From Paraspadella gotoi (taxonomy: Eukaryota; Animalia; Chaetognatha), in the NCBI GenBank assembly GCA_051294375.1, contig CM119271.1, forward strand, positions 2,879,929-2,943,928: a DNA stretch of 64,000 bases, written 5' to 3'. This document shows positions 11,715 to 25,826 of this stretch, piece by piece; within the stretch, counting starts at the first letter, position 1; each line of letters opens with the position of its first letter. Under the pieces are notes generated by a model. The model did no database searches, had not been told where the DNA came from, and saw only the letters and a list, made by a program, of their open reading frames with translations. The translations under genes were made by a program, and so were the position numbers.

Positions 11715-11876
11715 TGGGGTTAGCGCGAACGCAGACCCCACTATCACAAATTATGCTCCCGAGTTTCCCACATTCGGGGAAATCGCAAGGGTCAGCCCAA
11801 CCGAAGTGCAATGGAAGGGCCTCGCCCTGGGGGAACCTCCTTGCTGATCAAGGTATCCCCTGAGCCAGGTAAGTAT
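11715..11876 (-). ncRNA. RNU1: U1 spliceosomal snRNA
   Basis: Minus strand begins ATACTTACCTGG; U1A loop CATTGCAC; Sm site ATAATTTGTG; terminal stem-loop with TTCG; ~162 nt. Confidence 0.96.
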
Positions 11877-12782
11877 GCTTCTACCTGCAAAATTTTCGAC
11901 CTTTAATCCAAGCCTGGACTTAAGACAATAATTTTTTTATTTGAAGAGGATAAGGCTAGAATTAATATTAGTTTTCTATTTCACACCTTTTTTGGCGCAA
12001 AATAGTATAAAATTTGGTTTGATTAAATATGCACTGCTATAATTTAAAATTTACCTTAGATCTATCATTTTACGAAAGTTTGTATTCAGATTGTAGCTGC
12101 ATTAAAGCTAATATTTATATGCTCTTAGTTATTATGCAAATAAACCATAGTAACGAGGTTTGTGAAGGAAACAAAAGATTACTTTACGCTTCCAATTATA
12201 ACTTTTTTTATGAAACTATAGACAAAGGTCGACAAACAATTGTTATGATTCGTGACACAATGTTTATTAGTATATATATATATTTATATATATAAATAGA
12301 TTAATAATATTGAATAAAATGTATAGTATATCTATAAATATAATCTCACTAGATTAAGCTTGGAGAAATTACTTGTACATGTGTCAGTTGCCACTTATCC
12401 CAGGGAATGAATTCGCAAAAAGCATTTCTTGTTTACATATCTCATTATTTCCAAGAAACCTTTTTCACTCGGGCTGATATTGGTGGATGAATGGTTTTTA
12501 TGTGAGTATATTATCATAGTATATTATTTTGGTTGTACCAATTCCATACATTTATGTTGCTATGAGACGTAAGCTTCTTTCTGAAGCCGTTAAACTATAA
12601 TACAGAACAGTTGAAGAAAGAAGGGAAATAAAGTAAATACTTTCGTTTTAAATTGGAATTTTCGTCGTTAATTGGTCGATTTAAATTAATTTTGCCCCTG
12701 ATTGGTAAATTACATACATCTAAATTTCCTTCTATACAAGTTTTATAAAAATCATTGTGTTGAGTCTCTCTTTTCGTTGATT

Positions 12783-12878
12783 TAAGGAAAAACGACAGTT
12801 TTTAATGACAATAAACAAAGATTTATTATATTTAATAAATCGTTGTTTATTGCCATTAAAAACTGTCGTTTTTCTTTA
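12783..12878. repeat. Near-perfect 46-bp-arm hairpin (mini-MITE or foldback)
   Basis: Arms 12783-12828 and 12833-12878 are reverse complements with 3 mismatches and a 4-nt loop. Confidence 0.85.
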
Positions 12879-13817
12879 TGAAATTGGTACAACCAATATA
12901 AAAATTATTCATTCATTTAATAAATAAGCTATCTTGCCCCTGACTTTGGACAATAATATAATTAGTTACTTTTATCTTTAATCTCATTTGCATATTTCAG
13001 TACACTCATTCAAACTTTTCGAAAAAATATTAATCAATTGATCAAACTTTCAAATACATTTTCTAGTAGAACTTAATATACAAAAACTATTTAATTTGAT
13101 TAAAATAGTATTAGCGTGTATTCAATTTACTTTTTATGATATTGCTTCTACTAAATATTTTTTCATATGAAACCGATATCGCGTCCGGCAGTAGAAGAAT
13201 AAGGTATATAAACAAAAAGAGAACTTCTTCGAAAACGTAGCGTAGTAACTTATAAACGTAGCATAGCTTCCAGTGGTTCAGATGTAGCATGTGACTTTGT
13301 GACGTAGCGTTGATTCACTAATTAAATGTAGCGTAATATTTATTTATTTTAACTTTTTTATTCGCAATGAATATATCTTTTTTGGTGAAGAATATAGAAC
13401 CATAGCGCCCAACGAAGTGAAAAACGAAACGTCCCGAATGAATATTTCGCGCTCTCTCTCTCTCTCTTTCCTCTCTCGCTCTCTTTCTTTTTCTTTTGCA
13501 ATATTTTCTCACTCTCTCCCTCTGCCTGACTCTCTCTCTGTCTCATTTTTCCCCTCTATTTCCAGCACTAACTCAATTTCTGAGTCAAAAAAAAAAAACG
13601 TAAAAAAAACAAAATCATTAAAATCATTCGCAACGAAAACAAAACAGCAACAATAAAAACAACAACAACAACAACAACTCCTCGTGGCCTTCGGTTTTTT
13701 GTTTTCGATTTTTTTCCGGAAAGAAAAAAATATATATAATCGCGTGTTTTTCCGAAGAGGAAAGAGGAAGCGCTTATATACTATATGCCTCGATGGGAAG
13801 GAAAACCGTCATTGAGC

Positions 13818-13859
<42 letters not shown>

Positions 13860-13885
13860 CGAGTTCCATGACCGCAGAGATAGAA

Positions 13886-13940
<55 letters not shown>

Positions 13941-14636
13941 CGAGGCAGTGCACCGAGAGAACTGATATAGGCTCTCAGTTCCAGGACGAACGCGGAGAAG
14001 AGACGAGGCGAAAAACGAAATTATTTTTTCGGAGAGAAAGAGAGAGAGACAGAGACGCAGCTGAATTCGCCATAACAGAGAGAGAGTCACGGAGTCACCG
14101 GGCGTGAAACTGCTTTTTGAAACATCTGCCACTTATTACGCCCTGTGAAAGTTAAACTTACTGCTCGGTGTTCACACCTCAAAAAAAAAAAACGAAAAGA
14201 AAAGAAAAAACGTTCCGGGGTCAATGTACTTTTGATATTTTTCCATTTTTAGTATACAATAATTTATATTTATATACATATCAATAAATAAATATATATT
14301 CATATATATAAATAAAAAACTTCATAACAATTTCTTGACTTTTCAACTCGTAATATAAATTTTCGAAATACACCATTCGGAACCCATCTACTGGCATTCT
14401 CCATTTGCGTTTATTTTTTGCCACACAAAAAAAAAAAAAAAAAAAACCGTGTGTGTTAACGGAATATTTTTTTCATTTGTTCAACGGGACGTCGGCCATT
14501 CGTCCTTCCTCCAACTAAAACATATTCATGAATACAAATCTTCCGCTCGTTTCTTTTCAACCGCATCAATTCTTTTTTTTTTTTTCGCGCAAAAATCACC
14601 TTAGACTCCGTCGCTGCGACGAAAAAGGAAACAGAG

Positions 14637-14948
14637 TTTTTAGTTGCGCCTCGAATACTCGCTTTTCGGTCGGTCGGTCGGTCTGGCCCACTTTAAAAAA
14701 GCTCATAATTCGCCTATACTAGGTTGCTCATTTGTTATGATAAGAAAAAAAAAACCTCAAATCAAAGCGACTGCTAGCGCCGTCTTTTGTTTTTTGAAAT
14801 AAATCTTATATAAACTATAAAAAATAAAATAGGAAATTCCTATGCAGCATGTGAGAAGTTCGTTATACATAAATTTCATAGTCATGTGGTCATGTGAAAA
14901 GAAAAGAAAGTCACTGCGGCGCAACACATTGAATGGACCCATCTTGTT
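14637..14948 (+). mobile_element. Helentron-associated (HINE/DINE-1-like) non-autonomous element
   Basis: TTTTTAGTTGCG start, (GTCG/GTCT)n microsatellite, shared blocks GACTGCTAGCGCCGTC and ACTGCGGCGCAACAC, CTTGTT end in a T-rich site. Related copies at 17400-17640 and, inverted, 32883-33246. Confidence 0.6.
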
Positions 14949-16418
14949 TTTTTGTTTGTTTTTTTTTTCCTTTTTCTTATTTCTTCTTTTTCCCCTTTCC
15001 TCCTTCATCTTGTTTTTTTTCCTCATTTTCATTTTCCTTTTGTTTTTGTCCATTTTACTTTTTTTTTTTTTTTTTTCGGGTTTTGACTTCAAAACAGAAA
15101 TCGACTTTTTTTTTCTCTTTCAGTTTTTTTTTATCCTTATTTTTCTTCCTTTTATCTTTCCTTTTATCTCATTCCTCTTTTCTCATTCTTGTCTTCTTCC
15201 TCGTTTTATAATCATATTTTTTTACCTTTTTTTACCTTCCTCAATCATTTTTTTAAATTTTCTATTCTTCGGATCTAATTTAAGCAAATTCCTTTCATTT
15301 ATTCCCTTCAACAAAAATTCCTGTTTTTTCCCGCCGATTTTTCTTTCTTTTATTTTATTAGCGTCAGATTAAAAATGTTTTATACATTTGAAACAGTTTT
15401 TACAAATATTTAATACCACGTAATTGATGAAGAATCCAGGCGCTATGTCAGTTAATGTATAAACTTTAATATGATTGAAACCTTGCAAAAAAAAAAGTTT
15501 CAGATCCTGCGATGTTATTATCTCGTAAAAGGGATAAATACCATAAACCACCAAAGCCTATCCAAAGTCAGCCGCAAGATAGCTTCTTTATTGAAGAATG
15601 GATAATTGCACATTTATTGTATCAATTTCATCTACGTCAACTACTTCAATCAGCGTCAATATTAGTCTCTACGCCAAAGGCCAGTCCGTGGCGTGAGGGA
15701 TTAATTCCGTCTCTCCCAACGGCGACCCGAAAATCCCCTACGTCAGACTTTTTGACATTGCAAACTCCCGACTTCCGACGACCAACTGAAGGTTGCAACG
15801 GTTGATGTATTCAGTTCCATTTGTATTCTCGATTTGACAAATGGCATAAGCAAGGCCCAATGAAACACTGATAATTAATTTTTTTTATCATCGCAGCTTA
15901 TTCCAAACATCAGTACTTCGTTGTTTGAGCATCAACAGAATCTGCAATATAGTTATGCAATACTAACAACATTTTAGCAGCAACTGCACCCATTCGCTAA
16001 AGGAGATACCATTCATTGGCATTGGCCATTTATTGGCCATTCATTGGCCATTCATTGGCTTCAATCCCGCAGACATTATAACTAAAAATCCATCATTCCA
16101 GTTTCAAAATGGTCATTTTGAAACGGCAAATGTATCATCGTCGGCCATTGAAAATCCCATCTCCTTTCATTGACTCCCGTTGCCTCGCATCAGCCTGTTG
16201 CATCTCACATGGACCCGCGGCGCAAATAACCGTCCATTGCCTCTCGCCGCCCGAAGCGAAATACGACGGAGGAGACAATAGAATGGGAAAAAAAAGAATG
16301 AAAAAAAAAAAGAAAAAGGAAAAATGATAAAACTAAGAATCAACGCGTCGGTCTTTTTTAATCTTTCGTCTTTTTTTTCTCTCTTTAGTATTTTCTAAAA
16401 TTTTGTATTGTTCCAATC

Positions 16419-16554
<136 letters not shown>

Positions 16555-16731
16555 AATCGGCAAACCAGTTCCACCCATTTATCTCTCTCGAGTACTACAG
16601 CTTCAATCAGACTTTTTTTTGTTTTTGTATTTTTTTTTTCTGTTTGGGTTTTTCCCGTTTTTCTTCGTGGATTCGTTATCGAAAATCGCTAATCATTTAC
16701 ATTCTCACCCAAAGAGGCCATTCATCTCTCT

Positions 16732-16809
<78 letters not shown>

Positions 16810-17021
16810 ACCTCACATCCTATTCCATTTAAGGCCCAATTTCGTTCCTTCCTCTTTAACTCGCGCTTTGACAGCATCTTTATTTATTTGCGATTACATA
16901 CTCTCTCTCTCTCCCCTTCTTGCTCTTCTTCCCTTTCTTCTCAACCAAGCACATTCTATTATCACTCTATTTCCCTCTCTCTCTCTCTCTTCTCCTCTCT
17001 CTCTCTCTCTCTCTCTTTCTC

Positions 17022-17076
<55 letters not shown>

Positions 17077-17138
17077 ACCCTTCTTCCCTTTCTTCTCAAC
17101 CAAGCACATTTCTATTTATCACTCTATTTAATTTCTCT

Positions 17139-17173
<35 letters not shown>

Positions 17174-17289
17174 TCTCTTCTTCTCTCTCTCTCTCTCTCT
17201 CTTTCCTCTCTCTCTCTCCTCTCTCTCTCTCTTTCTCTCTCTCTCATCTCTTCACCTCTCCTCTCTCTCTCTCTTCTCTCTCTCTCTCT

Positions 17290-17320
<31 letters not shown>

Positions 17321-17399
17321 GGCCATTCAAATATTTCCACTCGACCAATCTCTCTCAATCGCCTTGAGGTCTCATTCCCATTCTGTCGCCTTACTCTGC

Positions 17400-17640
17400 C
17401 AGGCTCAATAGGGTGTTACATATTCTTATCAGTCTTTGGGTCGGTCTGTCGATCGGTCGGTCCGTTGGTATGTCTGTCCGTCGGTCTGTCCCACTTACGT
17501 TAAAAATGCATCTACTAATTTGACTATATTTGGTTGCTCAAATTTAAGGGACTGCTAGCGCCGTCTTCAGTTATTCCTAAAACTATACGGAATAAAAAAG
17601 TTACTGCGGCATAACACATTGGAATAACCATTCTTGTTCT
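17400..17640 (+). mobile_element. HINE/DINE-1-like element copy
   Basis: GTCY repeat, GGACTGCTAGCGCCGTC and ACTGCGGCATAACACATTGG...TCTTGTT shared with 14637-14948. Confidence 0.6.
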
Positions 17641-18050
17641 TCTCATTTTCTCCTTTTTTTGAAAATTAAATCAAGAGAAATTAATAGTTTTATACTTTTA
17701 TAGATATATTGTACTCTTTAAAATATCATTTAATTATAAAATCTTTTAAAAGCGTATTGGCTTCTTCATTGTTTTATAACCGAATACCTTTTCTAGATTT
17801 TACTGTTGATGTATTATACAAAAAATATACAATATACAATCAATATTACATTATCCTATTTCAGTTTTGAAAAAAAAAATCAAAATAAACTTTTCAGCAA
17901 CGGAATCGCCTCATTCCTCAATTCTCTACACAATCGCTCGTACAGTGAAACCCGCGAACGAAAAAAAAAAATGGAAATGAGAAAATCGACTCTTCGCCGT
18001 AGTTGTCGTCGTCGTTGTGGTCGTTGTCGTCTTCCTTTGTTCAACTGAGG

Positions 18051-18172
18051 ATGGGCGGCGTTTGTGGTTCTTATCTCGCCTCCAAGCAACAACAACAGCA
18101 AGAACAACCCCAGCAACAGCTGCACAAAGTACAGCAACCACTACAGCAGCGAAACGGCCTAAACGTCCCGAG
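18051..18172 (+). CDS. Candidate first coding exon of PKA-RI (MGGVCGSYLASKQQQ...)
   Basis: GAGGATGG start context and a Gln-rich open frame. Weak donor AG|GTTCTC in phase 2, compatible with 23772-23997. Confidence 0.35.
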
Positions 18173-18397
18173 GTTCTCACCAACCCACTCCCCCCCCCCC
18201 CGACTCCCCCCCTTTTCCTCCTCCTTTTCCCGTTTTTATTTATTTTATTCATTTATTCATTCCTTCCTTCATTTTCTTTTCCGCCATATTTCCTTTTTCT
18301 CCGCTAGAGGCGCTCCTCGTCGTCCGCCCGAAAAAAAAAAAACACTTTCGTCGTCTTTTGTTCCGCACGAATTCGCGCGGTTATTCGCGCCGCCACG

Positions 18398-18439
<42 letters not shown>

Positions 18440-19147
18440 CTCTTTGTCGTTGTCTTTTCGTTTTGGTTAAAGTAAAAAACACTAAAGTTTGTTTTTGCAT
18501 CAATGTTATTTCACATCAAAATTTTATGGCCACGTCATTTATAGAATAAACGCAACTTTGGTTCAAATTTGTCGCGATATTGTTAAAGTAACGAGTCAGG
18601 TTTTGTACTTAAATAACGTCATAAACAATAAATTTTATTTTCATTGTCGTATTCCGACGTCGTCATCAAAGTCTGTGACTATTTTTTTATTCTTAAAATT
18701 TGATCATATTTTTTTTTTAAACTTTATTACTTTATCAGTTTATCTAGGATATGATTAATTGATTATGAATAGCAGTGACATTTTTTTCGCTTTCATTACC
18801 GTTATAACTTATACGGTATATATATAATATATATATTTTATTACATTTCATCTTTGACTGATTTTTCAGTCGATGTTTTATTTTGTCATTTTTCTTATTT
18901 CCTTTTGTCATCCTCTTTGTCATCGTTCACGTTCGACATTTTTGTCACATTTTTCGTCGTCATTCACGTCACGTTTTTTATTCACGCATCACTTCAACTT
19001 TGAGCGTGAAGGGAAGAATCTCTTAGCTGGAGCAATAGAAGGCGTAGTTACTGGAGCCGCGGCGTATAGGGTTAAAGAAAGTGGAGCAAAGGAGGTTGAA
19101 AAAAAAATGTAGGGGAAAAAGGAGGCTTTCCTTTCTTAACTGTTTTT

Positions 19148-19239
<92 letters not shown>

Positions 19240-20229
19240 TTTTTCTTTCTTTCGTTCATTTTTCTTTCTTTCTCAAACTAATTTTCAAATTTTATTTCAA
19301 CCTCCAAAAACAGATAGTTCAGACGACGAAACCTTTTTCTGTAACATTTTTCTCTTTTTAAACTAACTATTTTATCATCCGAAAAGACCCCTTACCGATG
19401 GCACCAAAATGAGTAACGTGAGCGGGATAGAAAAAGAGGAAGTATGCAAATTGAAATAAGAGAGAAAGATAGAAAAAAGTGCGGTTTTAGCAACGTGAGA
19501 AGATTTAAATATCGTTTTAGATCAAAGAGAAACAAAACGGGTGAATATCTCATTAGCGCTGGATTCATTGACCGGCGGTTAAAAGAATATGAATTTAATA
19601 TAGTCCCGCGTAAAAAGGCCCATTAAAGTTGGCTCTCCTCTTTTATGCAAAAAGCGGGATGGGGAAAAAAAGTAGGGAAAGATTATTTTCTCCTCCGGTT
19701 CATTCATTCATTCATTCATTCTTTCTTTCTTTCTTTCTTTCTTTTTTTTATTTCTTTATTTCTTTCTTTCTTTCTTTATTTTCTTCTTTTCTTCTTGTCT
19801 ATTCTTTTATTTCCCTCTTCTTTCTTATTTCCTCTTTTTTCTCCGACCCTTCCTTCATTTTCTTTTCTCGTTTTCTACTCTCTTCTTTCATTTTTTTCAA
19901 TTTTCTTCATACTTTATCTTTTCTTCTCTCTTACTCATCTGCTTCTCTTTTCTTCTCTACTTCTCTGCCTCTCTCCGGTCTTAAGATAAGGAGTCACCGA
20001 CTAGACATCGTAGAAAATAGACGGCGTCATTAAAGACTCCATCGACTGCTGTTGGTAACTCGCGTCTTTGTCTCTTTTCCTCGCTGTGGTTATTTACGTA
20101 ATCTGTATTATGTATTTATGGCTCCATTTCTGCAAATTTCTTGACTCGCATTTCTGCAATATTTGCATCATTGTCAATTCTCTCTCTCTCTACATCTGTC
20201 TCTCAATCATCTGCTCTTCTCTTCTCCTC

Positions 20230-20279
<50 letters not shown>

Positions 20280-20340
20280 CTCTCTATTGTTCGCACAACT
20301 CATAGTCTCCATATTTCTTTGCACCCGAGGAGGCATTGGC

Positions 20341-20377
<37 letters not shown>

Positions 20378-20392
20378 GTCTCTCCTCCTCTC

Positions 20393-20429
<37 letters not shown>

Positions 20430-20629
20430 ATGTGCAAAGCAAGACGCGGTGATCATAATCCATTCAGTTTAAATTAAATCTTCTTCTTCATCTTCGTCAG
20501 CCAATATTTGTAAAACTGAATCATAAAGAGCCATTTGCCTCCTCTCATTCTCCCTTTGCTTAATTCTCTGCCATAATAAACGCCAGACGTTGAAAATAAA
20601 TTCTAAGAAATGAGTAAAAAATATTTGCA

Positions 20630-20903
20630 ATTTTATTCCCAAAACACTCTATTTCATCTTAAATTCGGAATTATGTAAATTTTTTGGACTAAAGATTACC
20701 CTGAAAGTTAGTGTTAAGGATGAAGGATAGGGATTCAGTTAGCGATTAGGTTAAGGTTTATCATTAGAGGTTAGGGTTAAAGATTAAGGATTAGGGTATT
20801 TAATTAGAGTTAAAGATTAAGTTAGTGTTAGGCTTAGGGTTAAAAAATAAATCAAGTTCTGAAATTAAGGAACAGAAATGGGGCGCTTTGGGAAAAGAGA
20901 GCC
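20630..20903. mobile_element. TTAGGG-bearing MITE copy
   Basis: TTCCCAAAACACTCTATTTC ... degenerate GGTTAG/TTAGGG array ... GAAATGGGGCGCTTTGGGAAAAGAGAGCC. Confidence 0.55.
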
Positions 20904-21306
20904 AAATATTTGCCCTTGAGCGACGAAACGAAATGAATTATTTTAACTTTCTTAAGCCATTCCCAAAAAGTTCCATCTTAAATTTGTTTTCTCGTCATTT
21001 TTAGCATTTTGTGTCTATCCATCGTGTTCTTTTGTTTATCAGGTGGTCTGCTCAATTGATTAATTGAGCGATTTCCTCCAGACCTCGGTTTCAGTTTTCG
21101 TTCTTATTCCGCAAAAGACTTTTTAGTAAATGCTTTTACGATTTTTATCGCGCATTGTGTCGTTTATACATTTAAAATGGTAAATGAAGAAAGAATTCGT
21201 GCCATATGAGTAGATATATAATTATATGCATAATGTATTGAAGAAATTTTGAGCTTTTCTCTCTCTACTTTGAAGTTGAAAGATTCCACGTTGGATCTTC
21301 TGTAGC

Positions 21307-21402
<96 letters not shown>

Positions 21403-21860
21403 AGAGAGAGAGAGAGATAGAGAATCAATTACTAATCTAAGGTATTCTTTGAGAGTCATCGCATTTACCGTGATTAAGAATTAATTAATTAATTACACAA
21501 GGAAGTACAGGAACTGAAGATGTTCTGTCTAATGGATCAAAATATTAGTCATAAATATAAAATATTGTACCTGTACTCTCATGTGTAATCTTTAATTGAA
21601 TCAAATTTTTTTTCATTGGAACCCATGAAAAAGTGAGGAAAAGAAAAGGAATTAAAGTCGTTTAAAAGTGAGATCTTTTTAAACTTGAAAGCACTTGTGA
21701 GAAAAGAAGAGAGAGAGAGAGAGAGAGAGAGATGAGACAGAGAGAAGGAGGAGAAGAGAGGAGAGAGGAGTTGAAATTGAAAGTAAAACGGAAGAAGAAC
21801 GTTCACCTGACCCTGGTCATGAAGACAGGGAAGATAAATGTGAAACAAGAGAGAGAGAGA

Positions 21861-21892
<32 letters not shown>

Positions 21893-23771
21893 AGAAAGAG
21901 GAAGAAGAAAGAGGAAGATGAAGAGTAAGAAGGAGAGGAAGAAAGAGAGAGGGAAGAAGAAGTAGAAAGTTGACTTTGATTGAAACTCGAGTCTTCGACT
22001 TTTTTATCGCGGAAATAAAGACGATGTTTTGACGACGGAGGGGGGGAGGTGTGTGGAAAATTAGGGGGGAGGGAAGAGGGCGGGAGCGTGAGGTGGGTGT
22101 AAAGGTGGTAAAAATGGTGGGCGATAGTTGGGAGAAGAGATCGTGAGTGGGAATTAAAAGGGGAGGTAGTGGAGAGAAGCGGAGAAGGGGGGAGTTTAAA
22201 GATGGGCCGGGGGATGAGGGTTGTGAAAAATGAAGTAAGACTCACAAAAGGGGTGAGAGTGAAAGGAGGAAAGAGTGAAAGGAGGAAAGAGTGAAAGGAG
22301 GAAAGAGTGAAAGGAGGAAAGAGTGAAAATGGGTCCAAAGTGTCATAAAATAAATCAAGGAATCTTGGTTGTTTCCAGGTGAATTATTTTTGGTCAATAT
22401 ATTAGACAGGGGGAGAGAGAAGACGAGTCGCGAGAGACGAAAACAGTATTAATTTGTGTGGAGTCGAGTTTGATGTAAAAATAAAGATAGTGAAACAAGT
22501 AATTTTGCAACTTTCATATGTTTAAAAATCTATATTTAGCGACCTGATTATTTGAAATTCGAGATTTAGAGATTTAGAAATAGGATGAGACATTTTTTTT
22601 TAGATTTAGACTTTGATAATTAGATCAAAAAAATGTATGTTTAGCGATTAAGAGATGAAGATATAAAGAAAAGTAAGATTCAGATAGTTAGATTTGGAGA
22701 ATTGGAATTTATAGATATAAAAGTGGGAAGTTGAATGCTAAGGGAGAAAAGTTAAGATCCTTTCATCACTTGAAACCACATTTGAGTTTTTTCTCTCTGT
22801 CAGGATAATCTCTTAATTTTTTTAAAGTTCTAGTTTTTTCCAAACTCCGGATTTAAATTTCAGAGAAAAACTGAAATTTTTCTGTTTCTCATTCTCATTC
22901 TCTCTCTCTCTTTCTCTCTTTCTCTCTTTCTCACTCTCTCTTTCTCAAGGTTTTTTTAGTCAAGGATAAAGATATGAAACGAAAAATTTATATTTATATT
23001 TATGATAAACGTAAAAAAGTCAAAAACATATAGTAATAATGAAATTCAATTTCATCATTAGCTCGAAAAGTGTTTTTTCGACAAAAAATAAAAAATTGTG
23101 AAGTAGCAACGTTTAATAATTTTTTTAAAGATGGGACTATGAAAAACTTTTGAATCGTTGTGAACAGAATCACAGAAAACAACTTGAAGTCACATTTTCA
23201 CTTGCAATAGATATCCCAAATATTCAAAACCGTCACGATCACAATAATGATGTCCCAAACGAGAGACAATTCACACCCGGATCACGAAAAAAAATAGCGC
23301 TCACATAAGAAGTGAAACGTTCTCCGCTCAACTGCGTCATTAAAACTCACGTTCACGGACTAAAAGGCACTAAATCCGAAAGCGTTCACATTTTTGACGT
23401 TAACGCCCGGTCCGTTCACAGGCGTGACTCTTGGGCGACATTCACTGCAGCGACGAAGCTCCGCCTCTCGCCGTCACGAACGACTCACAAACTCTTTGCT
23501 CTCTCTCTCTCTTCTACTCCTCTCTTCCTCCCTCCTCCTCTCCATCCCTCCTTTTCTACCCGGCGGCGTTGTGAAACACTCGCGGTCATTATCACGCTTC
23601 CCACGCTTTAGTTTTATCTCGTGTTCTCACTTTTAATGACGACCGTGCGCTTCTTCTATCTCTCTTCCTCTCTTCTCTCTCCTTCTCTTCTCTCTCTCTC
23701 TCTTCTCTCTCATTCTCTCGCGACTCTGTCTCTCTCTCATTCTCTCCCCTGTGAATTTTCTCCACGATCAG

Positions 23772-23997
23772 CAAGTTTTCGCTCGGAGCGACGACGACGC
23801 CAACGACGACGACGACGACGACGACGACGACGTCGAATCGTCCTACGAAAGACTCTCATCTTTCTCTTCGCTCCGATGACGAACCAATAAAACTCGAACA
23901 AAAACAAACACTGCCGCCGCTGCTGCCGCCGCCGCCGCCGCCGCCGCCGACGCAGCGGACGACTTTGGATGGCGCCGGGAAATCGCCTCTTCCGGTG
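23772..23997 (+). CDS. Candidate low-complexity N-terminal exon of PKA-RI
   Basis: Pyrimidine tract and CAG acceptor, open frame KFSLGATTT...KSPLPV, strong GTGAGT donor in phase 0 matching exon 25400. Confidence 0.45.
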
Positions 23998-24410
23998 GTG
24001 AGTCTTTTTTCCGGCGGAGATCGAATCCTCCTTCACGAACGAGAAAGATTCACGCGAATGGAATTAATTTCACCAAAATTGTTCAAGAGAATTAAGCGAC
24101 TCCGGTTCGTGACAACTTTAATTACTTTTCACGGTTCGATTTATGGATGAAACTCGGCAAAAAGTAACCATTTAGATTTTAGATTAACTTGTTTTAAAAA
24201 AAAATGAAAACGAATTTCACTTGCTAATATCCAGCGCCAATCGGAATTTATTCGTTCGTAAGTCATCAGCACAACACTGTTCACGGACATATACATGATA
24301 AAGACGAATGCATGAACTCATGTAGTAGTATCGACGTCAGACTGGACCTTTTCCTAACTTTTGTATGACCGTATTTACAATACGTTTAATTCTTCGTCCT
24401 CACCGTCTTT

Positions 24411-24457
<47 letters not shown>

Positions 24458-25399
24458 AATCTCTTCTTATGCTTAATTGGCGTTTGGCTTTTAATATCCT
24501 AGTGACGTCGGGACACAAAGTCCGCGCTTTGACGTAATTAATTCCATTACAAGAGATTTAGTGGATAAGAGAGCTCTTCTGTTCTCTCTCTCTCATCTCT
24601 CTCTCTCTCTCTCTTTCTCTCTCTTCTCTCTCGTCTCTCTCTCTCTCTCTCTCTCTTCTCTTCTCTCCTGTCGTCCCTCTCTGTCTCCCTCTCTGTCCCC
24701 TTCTCTTTCAGGATCCTGTCCTGAATCGAGAATCGAGAATGAGGTATCGATTTAACTTCTCATTTGAATTTCGCTTCTTCGAGCTAATATCGTTCAAAAA
24801 TAAACTACTCTCGAAATAAACCGGATTTTATATAAAAAAAAAATTGCGTCGCCTTCGTTTTATATTTTATATTTTATATTATTTTAAACGAGTAGTTCTT
24901 GTCGAGAAGAAAAATCGAAAATACTGTTTTAAAGTTTTAAAGTTTTAAACTTTTTTCCCCCACAAACAAAATCAAAATCAAAGTTTACTTCAACTATTTA
25001 TTTTTTTCGCAAAATCTCTGACAGCCTCGCGTAAACATTTCTTAAAGTTCGTTCGTTTTCCGAACGAAACTTCGAATGTTTTAAATAGAAAAAACTAATT
25101 TAAAATATTTTTGACGATGATTTCCACGTTTCCATTCGTCCACTCGCAACTCGTTAATTTTCCGCTCTATTGGCGTGAGAGGGAGTGAGTGGAAAAAAAT
25201 CCTTGCATTAGTATTTGTATTTGGATCATACGGCGGGTCCGAAGACCATGGGTCGCATTAGTTACAAACATTCCAAACACAAATATATTAATCAAATCGA
25301 TTACAATAAAATCATCAATAGTTTTGTTCGAATAAGAGCTAAACGAAAAACATCGTCAATGGGTCATGGATTGTTCTTTTGGTTTTCCCTTCATCTCAG

Positions 25400-25484
25400 G
25401 ACAACTCGAGAATTTCGCCACCTACTACCGCCACCAATCGAGCCTTTGAGGGAACGGAAGACAAAAGACAAACGCTAACGGACG
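25400..25484 (+). CDS. PRKAR1: PKA-RI linker exon (DNSRISPP...QTLTD), copy 1
   Basis: CAG/GTAAGT splice sites; phase 0 to 1, in frame with the next exons. Confidence 0.7.
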
Positions 25485-25661
25485 GTAAGTCTTGGGAATG
25501 AAATTACTCCGATTGTATCTATAAACTTTTCCTTTTAATTATTTTTAAATGGGGGAAAACAATGTTAGGTAATTCTGCAAGATTTCGATCCTAAGCAGGA
25601 CTTTCGAGTCGCCACATTTATATCGAATTTAATATTAAACTATACGCTAAATCATTCTTAG

Positions 25662-25759
25662 GAAGCATGGCAGCCGCTCAGGGTTTTCGCGACGATGACG
25701 CCGACGACGACGACATCGACGACGACCTCGAATCAGCGCTTCACTCGCCGCCACCAGGG
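25662..25759 (+). CDS. PRKAR1: PKA-RI acidic/proline linker exon (GSMAAAQGFRDDDADDDDIDDDLESALHSPPPG), copy 1
   Basis: TAG/GTAAGT sites; resembles the RI linker DEISPPPP. Confidence 0.8.
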
Positions 25760-25826
25760 GTAAGTCTCAGCGTTTTATCATATTTAGTATGTTTATCATT
25801 AATATCATAATGTTGACTAAACTTAG

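Noticed and set aside
20004-20055. Possible D/D-domain exon (RKIDGVIKDSIDCC)
   Set aside because: Only KDSI matches; a stop follows and the rest of the domain is absent.
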